The notes under the pieces: model-generated | The model's input: only the letters and a program-made list of their open reading frames with translations | Told to the model about the DNA's origin: nothing | The model's database searches: none | Shown here: in pieces, positions 8,568 through 15,493 of the stretch | How the letters are laid out: every line of letters starts with the position of its first letter | Numbering within the stretch: position 1 is the stretch's first letter | Made by a program: the position numbers and the translations under genes | NCBI GenBank assembly: GCA_016929065.1 | Contig: JAFGJO010000034.1 | Coordinates: 691-64,690, forward strand | DNA: 64,000 nucleotides | Reading direction: 5' to 3' | Source of the DNA: Spirochaetales bacterium | GTDB taxonomy: Bacteria > Spirochaetota > Spirochaetia > SZUA-6 > RPPD01

Positions 8568-11017
8568 TGAATACCTCTGAACGCTTCACAAAAGACGCAA
8601 TCACTACCCTTCGTAATGCAATCCATGAGCATGACGGGAATGAGGTCTTTGCGGTCGGCAGGCTCAACCGTGAGGGGAGCGTCTACATGGTGACGGTTGT
8701 TGCCCGCGGCAATGAAAATGCGGTTCCGGCTTTGATCCCCCAGGCTGAAAAAAGCGATGTGGTGATTCACAATCATCCTTCCGGGACGCTCAAGCCCTCC
8801 GGAGCAGACCTGTCCATTGCCTCCCAGCTGGGGAATCAGGGGATCGGGTTTTTCATTGTCGACAACAAAGTCGAGCGGCTCACCGCTGTTGCCGAGCCGG
8901 TTGCGGTTGAAGAACTGCAGATGCTGGATGCAAACGAGTTTATTGATATGCTTGCCCCCGGCGGGAAACTTGAAAAAGTCCATGCTGAATATGAACAGCG
9001 TCCCACCCAGGAGGCAATGTGCAGCTTTGTTGTTGATGCATTCAATAACAACAGTCTGGCAGTTGCAGAGGCGGGGACTGGTGTGGGAAAATCACTTGCG
9101 TATCTGCTTCCGGCACTCAGCTGGGCAAAAAAAAACCGGGAGAGGGTGGTCATTTCCACCGCAACCATCGTGCTACAAGAACAGTTGATGGGAAAGGATA
9201 TCCCGCTTGTAAAACAACTGCTGCCGGAAACCCCCGAGGTTGTTTTAATCAAAGGCAGGGGAAACTATCTTTGCATTAACCGGCTTAACGAGGCGCTCGA
9301 AGATTATACGATGTTTGATGACGAGAACAGGGAATTGACCGCTATAAAAGAATGGTCAATGTCAACTGCAACTGGCGCACGGGACGATCTGTCATTTTAT
9401 CCGGCAGACAGTGTCTGGCAGGATGTCAATTCGGAATCAGACACGTGTCTGGGACTGCGGTGTAGAAACAGGGAAGACTGTTTTGTCCTCAAGGCACGTC
9501 GTCAGGCAGCCAGGGCGCATGTATTGATTGTCAATCATCATCTGCTCTTTGCCGACCTCGCTGTCCGTCATGAGGGAACCGGATATGACACGACCGCGGT
9601 TCTCCCTCCTTTCTCGAGAATCATCTTTGATGAAGCGCACCGGGTTGATAAGAGCGCCACAAGTTATTTCTCGGAAAGCTTCAGCAGGTATTCTGTCCGG
9701 CGCGTGCTCGGTCGGCTCTACCATCAGCGTAAGGGAAGACATGGGGGAATACTGGTGTATCTTGACAGAAAGTACCCTGATGCCGGTATTATTCAGAATA
9801 TTCCCCTTTATATCGAAGCCATAATCGCACACACCGAACAACTGAATCTAGCTGCATTGAATGCCATCCAGACCGAAAAAAGCGTTTCGTTTCAGGATGT
9901 GGCTGCCGGATCGCGTCAGAAGGAAATGGTCAGTGTTCTCAAGGATTTTATCTCCGCCATTACAAGCCTTTACAATGCCTGCGAGGAAGTGCTTGAGAAA
10001 GCGGCGAAACAAGCAGGGGACGCAGATGACCATGAGGAATATGAATTGCGGATTCATCTGCGCCGTTTATTGACCATCCAGACGCTTGCGCGGGAGTTCG
10101 CGCAGGAGAAAGATCCCGCCGACAGAATCCTCTGGATCGAGTCCTGGAAGAGCAATAAGGGCGATCTTGTTGTCCGGTTTAATTCCACACCGCTTGATAT
10201 AGCGCCTATCATGCGTGAGGCGGTGTTTACACCCTACGCAACGGTTGTTTTTACCAGTGCGACGCTTGCGGTGGGGGGGAATTTCGATTTTTGGAAATCC
10301 CGGCTTGGCTTGAAAAACTGGGATGAACGTTCCTGTGAAGAGGGAATATTCCCATCACCATTTCCCTACAGAGAGAATGTGCTCTTGTGCCTGCCGGAAG
10401 ACCCGCCGCAGCCGGGAGAAACGGGGTTTGAATCCTGTCTGACACAGACCATTGGAGAGGCGCTTTCCATTTCTGAAGGCAGGGGACTGGTACTGTTCAC
10501 CTCGTATTCCCTGCTCAATGCCGTCTATGATGAAATAAGGGAAACTCTTTCGGCCCGGGGGATTGATATTCTAAAGCAGGGAACACTGGATATCGGACGG
10601 CTGCTTGCTAAGTTTCGAACCGAGACGAGCAGTGTGCTTTTCGCCACTGATTCATTCTGGGAGGGGATCGACAGTCCGGGTGAAACCCTGGAGGTCGTAA
10701 TTGTCACCCGTTTGCCGTTTCGCGTCCCGACAGAGCCGGTATTAAAAAGGCAAATGGAACTCATCAAGACTGCAGGCGGCGACCCATTTCGGGAATATTC
10801 ACTCCCGGAAGCGGTTGTCAGGCTGCGTCAGGGGTTTGGCCGGCTTATCCGGAAAAAAACCGACAAGGGCGTTGTCCTGATTCTTGATTCCCGAATTGTA
10901 AAAAAATATTATGGAAAATATTTTCTCTCTTCTCTTCCCGAGACCAGGGTTGTTACCGGCGAGACAAAATCGGTTTTACGGGAGCTGGAAGAGTTTGTGG
11001 TAAAGATCAGGACATAA
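8567..11017 (+). CDS. dinG: DinG/XPD-family Fe-S helicase with an N-terminal RadC-like JAB domain
   Basis: HNHPSG..PS.AD (JAB); EAGTGVGKS, KGRGNYLC, CLGLRC..DC, DEAH, TSATL, LFTSY, WEGID, QGFGRLIR. Confidence 0.88.
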   Translation: MNTSERFTKDAITTLRNAIHEHDGNEVFAVGRLNREGSVYMVTVVARGNENAVPALIPQAEKSDVVIHNHPSGTLKPSGADLSIASQLGNQGIGFFIVDNKVERLTAVAEPVAVEELQMLDANEFIDMLAPGGKLEKVHAEYEQRPTQEAMCSFVVDAFNNNSLAVAEAGTGVGKSLAYLLPALSWAKKNRERVVISTATIVLQEQLMGKDIPLVKQLLPETPEVVLIKGRGNYLCINRLNEALEDYTMFDDENRELTAIKEWSMSTATGARDDLSFYPADSVWQDVNSESDTCLGLRCRNREDCFVLKARRQAARAHVLIVNHHLLFADLAVRHEGTGYDTTAVLPPFSRIIFDEAHRVDKSATSYFSESFSRYSVRRVLGRLYHQRKGRHGGILVYLDRKYPDAGIIQNIPLYIEAIIAHTEQLNLAALNAIQTEKSVSFQDVAAGSRQKEMVSVLKDFISAITSLYNACEEVLEKAAKQAGDADDHEEYELRIHLRRLLTIQTLAREFAQEKDPADRILWIESWKSNKGDLVVRFNSTPLDIAPIMREAVFTPYATVVFTSATLAVGGNFDFWKSRLGLKNWDERSCEEGIFPSPFPYRENVLLCLPEDPPQPGETGFESCLTQTIGEALSISEGRGLVLFTSYSLLNAVYDEIRETLSARGIDILKQGTLDIGRLLAKFRTETSSVLFATDSFWEGIDSPGETLEVVIVTRLPFRVPTEPVLKRQMELIKTAGGDPFREYSLPEAVVRLRQGFGRLIRKKTDKGVVLILDSRIVKKYYGKYFLSSLPETRVVTGETKSVLRELEEFVVKIRT

Positions 11018-11019
11018 AA

Positions 11020-11061
11020 AAGCCTGCCGTAAAAGGAGAGCAATCCCGGACCGGCAGGCTT
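11020..11061. terminator. Hairpin between convergent dinG and groES
   Basis: AAGCCTGCCG / CGGCAGGCTT 10-bp IR with an A-run on its left (U-tail for the minus strand). Confidence 0.6.
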
Positions 11062-11081
11062 GAACTGGACAGTTTTGAGTG

Positions 11082-11345
11082 TTATTCCACAACTGCGAGT
11101 ATGTCGGCAGCCTTTACAATAAGCTGCTCCTCGCCGTCAATCTTGATTGAGGTTCCGGCGTATTTGTCGTAGATAACTGTGTCTTTCACTTTTACCTTGA
11201 TTTCTTCAGAATCACCGACAGCAAGAACAACACCCTGCTGTGTTTTTTCCTGAGCGGTCTGGGGAATATAAATTCCGCCTGTCGTTTTTTCATCTTCAAG
11301 TTTTACTTTTACCAGTACCCGATCGCCCAATGGTGTAATTTTCAT
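11082..11345 (-). CDS. groES: Co-chaperonin GroES (no adjacent groEL)
   Basis: MKITPLGDRVLVK, TTGGIYIP, KYAGTSIKIDGEE; RBS AGGAGG. Confidence 0.96.
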   Translation of the reverse strand: MKITPLGDRVLVKVKLEDEKTTGGIYIPQTAQEKTQQGVVLAVGDSEEIKVKVKDTVIYDKYAGTSIKIDGEEQLIVKAADILAVVE

Positions 11346-11491
11346 AATCTCTTTCCTCCTGTTGCGGACTGTGTATACCTATAATCAAGTACACACTCAC
11401 TTAAAAAAAATGTTTTGTAAAAATATGATCTGTTTATCAGTTTTATAATTTTATCTAATGTACAATTTTCAAATACCTCTCGTCAAGAAAA

Positions 11492-12226
11492 ATGTCATCT
11501 TTGTTGTCATTTTTTTTTAATTTTATTACCTTAATGATAACCTTGGAGCAATACGTGGAACAATGGAAAGCTGAAATCCAGAAAGGAAAATCCTTACTTG
11601 CCCGTCATGATGCCGAAAATGCTGTCAAAGTGTTTTCTCATGCGCTCGAAAACTGTCCGGCAGCTGACTGCAACTGTTTTTCAAAAATTCTTTTTTATCT
11701 GGGAGTTTCTTTGAAAAAACTGGGACTCATCAACAGCGCTCTCAACCTTTGGGTTACAGCATACCGGTATAAAAAGAACCGGCTGATAAAAAAAATGATC
11801 GAGCGGTATTCGAACGGCTACGGAATGCTCAAGCAAAAAACCGATGAGCTGGATGACCGTCAGGCCTTTTATGCAATTCAGGTCATGAGGTATCTTGAAA
11901 AGAAAAAATGCCATACGTTTTCGACCGAGCCGGAGAAGGATGTGGTATTCGAATTGATAAAAGAACATTGGAAAATAATACTTCACAGCAGTATATTATC
12001 AGAAAGAACAATCAATGAAAAACGTGAATACTTCCACAAAGTGAAAATTGTTTTTCCATTCCTCAATATGCCGAAGGTATTGGGTGATACAGTTTTAAAA
12101 GTCAATTTCAGTGAAAGCGGAATAGTACACGAGACAATTCGGTGCGGGTGCGGCAGCGGATTACCGTTTTGTATGTGCTGCGGGCGCACACCTGCTGTGG
12201 AAGAGATTATTAATGGCATATTTTGA
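11492..12226 (+). CDS. Hypothetical protein, TPR-like N-terminus and C-terminal SEC-C-like Zn motif
   Basis: TPR-like AVKVFSHALE..ILFYLGVSLKKLG; C-terminal CGCGSGLPFCMCCG; true start probably ATG 11534. Confidence 0.7.
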   Translation: MSSLLSFFFNFITLMITLEQYVEQWKAEIQKGKSLLARHDAENAVKVFSHALENCPAADCNCFSKILFYLGVSLKKLGLINSALNLWVTAYRYKKNRLIKKMIERYSNGYGMLKQKTDELDDRQAFYAIQVMRYLEKKKCHTFSTEPEKDVVFELIKEHWKIILHSSILSERTINEKREYFHKVKIVFPFLNMPKVLGDTVLKVNFSESGIVHETIRCGCGSGLPFCMCCGRTPAVEEIINGIF

Positions 12227-12359
12227 CCCATTACACATATGAAATAAAGAATATTGCGTCATTATGACTCAATCGATTTTATCAGGCATATAATAAATTT
12301 TGATTTATTATTAACTCCATATCCAGTAAGTAATTAAAATTATCTCACAATGACATGTA

Positions 12360-12376
12360 TTGGCACACTCATTGCT
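12360..12376 (+). promoter_or_regulatory. Sigma54 (-24/-12) promoter of the RpoS-like sigma gene
   Basis: TTGGCACACTCATTGCT matches YTGGCAC-N5-TTGCW with exact GG-N10-GC spacing, about 20 nt upstream of ATG 12398. Confidence 0.8.
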
Positions 12377-12397
12377 ATTAGATAGGTGGAGGATAGT

Positions 12398-13276
12398 ATG
12401 GCAGCAGTAGTAAAAAAGAAAAAAGAACGGTCAATATTTTCAGATGACGAGAATATACTTTCGATTTATTTGAAAGAAATCAACCAGATTCCTCTTCTGA
12501 CCCGCGAACAGGAAGATACACACGCCCGCGCAGCAGCAAAAGGCGAAAAAAGAGCAAAAGATGTGCTTGTTCGCTCAAATTTGCGTTTTGTAGTCAATGT
12601 GGCAAAGAAATATCAGAATCAGGGTTTGCCTTTGGTGGATTTAATAAGTGAAGGCAATATAGGCCTCATGAATGCGATTGAGCGTTTTGATGTGGACCGG
12701 GGGTATCATTTTATTTCCTATGCAGTATGGTGGATCCGTCAGGCAATTTTAAAGGCGATCTGTGAAAAATCCAGAATGATTCGTCTTCCCCTGAACAGGG
12801 CAAATGAACTTGTTCAGATTGAAAAAGCCAGAAAGGCCCTGCAAACTGATAACGGCATGGAGCCCGAGATAAGGGAAATTGCAGATATACTGGAAATGGA
12901 CAAAAACCATGTTTCGGATTTGATCAACATATCACGGGATCTTGTTTCTCTTGAATCTCCGGTGAATTCAGACAAGGATGCGAGCGTTGTAGGGGATTTT
13001 ATTGAAAACGAACTGTATATTGCTCCGGACGATGTGATTATCGAGAAATCATTAAAGGATGATATTAATAATATTTTGACGACCCTTTCCGACAAGGAAT
13101 CTGATATCCTTCAGTACCGGTTTGGGTTGAACGGACGCAGACCAATGTCTTTGAAGGAAATTGGAGACAAATACAAACTGACCAAGGAAAGAATCCGTCA
13201 AATCGAAAAAAAGGCGCTGAAAAGACTGCAGCACCCAACCCGGAGCCAGCTGTTAAAGTCGTATATCAATAACTAA
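12398..13276 (+). CDS. Sigma-70 family factor, RpoD/RpoS-like, lacking region 1.1
   Basis: YLKEINQIPLLT, NLRFVVNVAKKY, DLISEGNIGL, SYAVWWIRQAI, IRLP, LTKERIRQIEKKAL; ATG 12398 after GGAGG. Confidence 0.92.
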   Translation: MAAVVKKKKERSIFSDDENILSIYLKEINQIPLLTREQEDTHARAAAKGEKRAKDVLVRSNLRFVVNVAKKYQNQGLPLVDLISEGNIGLMNAIERFDVDRGYHFISYAVWWIRQAILKAICEKSRMIRLPLNRANELVQIEKARKALQTDNGMEPEIREIADILEMDKNHVSDLINISRDLVSLESPVNSDKDASVVGDFIENELYIAPDDVIIEKSLKDDINNILTTLSDKESDILQYRFGLNGRRPMSLKEIGDKYKLTKERIRQIEKKALKRLQHPTRSQLLKSYINN

Positions 13277-13339
13277 TAGATAAACCGGATGTCTCTCCTT
13301 CCGGTTTATCATGACATAGAGCTGCTTTCGGGCGGCACT

Positions 13340-13379
13340 GGCTGTAAGGACACACCATAGTTCTTGCAGCCTTTTTTTT
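13340..13379 (+). terminator. Rho-independent terminator of the sigma gene
   Basis: GGCTGTAAGGA..TTCTTGCAGCC stem followed by T8. Confidence 0.75.
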
Positions 13380-13440
13380 GCAATGAAAGCAGGAAGAAGA
13401 ATTTATAAGGAAAGCAGTGCATGGAAGAGAAGAATTAATA

Positions 13441-13485
13441 AGGAAAAGCAGGAAAAGCAGGAAAAGCAGGAAAAGCAGGAAAAAG
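13441..13485 (+). repeat. 9-bp tandem repeat (AGGAAAAGC)x4 plus one variant copy
   Basis: Read directly from the sequence; embedded in degenerate related motifs at 13383-13555. Confidence 0.9.
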
Positions 13486-13638
13486 AATTTCAGCTTAAGG
13501 TCGCAGAGAACACAAAGATAATATAAATTTTAAGGAAGCCATGAAACCAGGAAAAGATACACAAGGGGGAGCAGCTATAACTATATACCAGCTAATTGGT
13601 GAAACAAGCTGTTAAAAGCAGGGGGTTTATATTTTATG

Positions 13639-13678
13639 ATATCAATATTATTTACTTGACAATAAATAATATTGATAT
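13639..13678 (+). promoter_or_regulatory. Perfect 16-bp inverted repeat enclosing a TTGACA -35 box (probable operator/promoter)
   Basis: ATATCAATATTATTTA-CTTGACAA-TAAATAATATTGATAT, about 70 bp upstream of the 13746 start. Confidence 0.65.
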
Positions 13679-13745
13679 TAATGTTAATAATAATGTAAAT
13701 AATAAATATAAAGTTTAAAAAATCAAACAGGATTGTTATTTTCTT

Positions 13746-15290
13746 ATGAAGCAGGAAATTTATGATATTGTAATTGTCGGTGCAGGGCTTGGAGGATTGA
13801 GCGCAGGGGCAAAATGTGCCAAAGCGGGGAAATCCGTTTTGCTCATCGACAAAGAACCGCAGTCGGGCGGAATGGCGGCGAATTTTACCCGCAAGGGGTT
13901 CGAATTTGATATTTCCCTGAATTCATTCGGAGTAAACAGCGAGATCAGGAAGTTTTTTCACGATGTCGGGATTGAGGACAGGATTGAACTGGTTTCCCCG
14001 GAATCCGGCCAGCGGTATATCAACACGTTTGACAATACGGATATTAATTTGTCTGCCAGAAAATCATCCTATGCTGAAAACATTTCACAGTACCTGGGCA
14101 TAGATAAAAAGCCGCTGGATAAATATATGGAATATCTAAAGAGGACAGGGCGGAATCTGGATATCAACAGCATTAAATGCAATGGCCTTGCAAAGATCAC
14201 TGAGGCAATCAAAACCCTGCTGCGCGATCCCTCCTGTATTCTCCACATAAATTCAAAGAAATCAGCTGAAGATTTAATCGGCTCATTTATCACGATGAAT
14301 GGAGCAACGGGCAGGAAGCTCAGACATATACTGCTTTCACGGTTCAATTGTTTTGACGAGGATTACAAAACGCTCAGCCCGTTTTTTTTCAGCATTGCAA
14401 TGGATACGCTCCTTGCAGACGATGAATCCGGTACCAATGGCGAGTATTATATAAAAGGCGGTTCGGGAAAACTGAGCTCCACTCTCGCGGATGCAATCAC
14501 TGCTTGCAGTGCCGGAAACAGAATCCTTACCCGGCACAAGGCGGTGAAATTGATCGCAGACGATCACAACAGGATTTGCGGTGTTGACTATATCGATATG
14601 AAAAGTAAAAGACACCAAACTGTGTTTGCCAAAAAGGTCATTGTTAATGCACCGATTCCCCATGCGGTTTCACAGCTTCTGCCGACACAATGTATCCGTA
14701 TCCGAAAACATGCCCGGAGGTACCGGCTCTCACAGCGGTCATCGGTGCAAATTTATATCGCCCTGAAAAACAGCATCCAGTCAGCGTACAATACAGCACT
14801 GGTTGATCCGGCAGTGCGGCACTGTCCCGAAACCGGTGTCTCAATTACCAATTATTCAGCCATCGATTCAGGACTTGCACAGCCTGCTGCAACCATCAGA
14901 TTTTATGACCATATCAGCTCATGGGCCGGGATGGATGAATCGGGGAACTGGAAGAAACATGACCGCTATACCGAACAAAAAGCCAAATGGGCAGAATATT
15001 ACATCGATTTGTGCGACCGGGTTGTCCCGAAGCTCAAAGAGAACGCCCTGTATTACAATGTTGCCACTCCGGTGAGCATTCAGCGTCATATCAACTCGCC
15101 TTATGGTTCCTATTACGGATATTCCCAAACCGCGGGGCAAACCGGCATGGACCGGATGGATTTGAAATCATGTGTGCCCAATCTGTTTTTTGCCGGTGCT
15201 TACACAAAACCCGGTCTTGGGGTAACATGCACATTGCTTTCCGGCGACAAGTGCGCGGACCTCGTGCTCGCCGAACTTGATCGAAAATAA
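13746..15290 (+). CDS. FAD-dependent oxidoreductase, phytoene desaturase/retinol saturase-like
   Basis: YDIVIVGAGLGGLSAG, GGMAANFTRKGFEFD, YIKGGSGKLS, ATP..GSYYG, NLFFAGAYTKPGLGV. Confidence 0.85.
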   Translation: MKQEIYDIVIVGAGLGGLSAGAKCAKAGKSVLLIDKEPQSGGMAANFTRKGFEFDISLNSFGVNSEIRKFFHDVGIEDRIELVSPESGQRYINTFDNTDINLSARKSSYAENISQYLGIDKKPLDKYMEYLKRTGRNLDINSIKCNGLAKITEAIKTLLRDPSCILHINSKKSAEDLIGSFITMNGATGRKLRHILLSRFNCFDEDYKTLSPFFFSIAMDTLLADDESGTNGEYYIKGGSGKLSSTLADAITACSAGNRILTRHKAVKLIADDHNRICGVDYIDMKSKRHQTVFAKKVIVNAPIPHAVSQLLPTQCIRIRKHARRYRLSQRSSVQIYIALKNSIQSAYNTALVDPAVRHCPETGVSITNYSAIDSGLAQPAATIRFYDHISSWAGMDESGNWKKHDRYTEQKAKWAEYYIDLCDRVVPKLKENALYYNVATPVSIQRHINSPYGSYYGYSQTAGQTGMDRMDLKSCVPNLFFAGAYTKPGLGVTCTLLSGDKCADLVLAELDRK

Positions 15291-15418
15291 GAATTTCACA
15301 CAAAGAACGCAAACATCACAGTGAGGAGATATGAAAGTGAAGTTCGTGGGAAATTCTTCTTGAAAACACTTTTTGTGATTTATTTCTCTCTATATATGGC
15401 GTGTTTTGCCTTTTTACA

Positions 15419-15447
15419 TTGACAATTGATCATAATTAAATTACATT
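15419..15447 (+). promoter_or_regulatory. Putative sigma70 promoter of ppdK
   Basis: TTGACA-N17-TACATT upstream of the GGAGG RBS. Confidence 0.5.
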
Positions 15448-15493
15448 ACATGCATAAAAATCACACATATAATTTTTCCGGAGGTATCTTTTA

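Noticed and set aside
11346-11491. CIRCE element upstream of groES
   Set aside because: No TTAGCACTC-N9-GAGTGCTAA match seen.
13383-13555. CRISPR array
   Set aside because: Units are short, degenerate or directly tandem, with no constant repeat-spacer period and no cas genes in the window.
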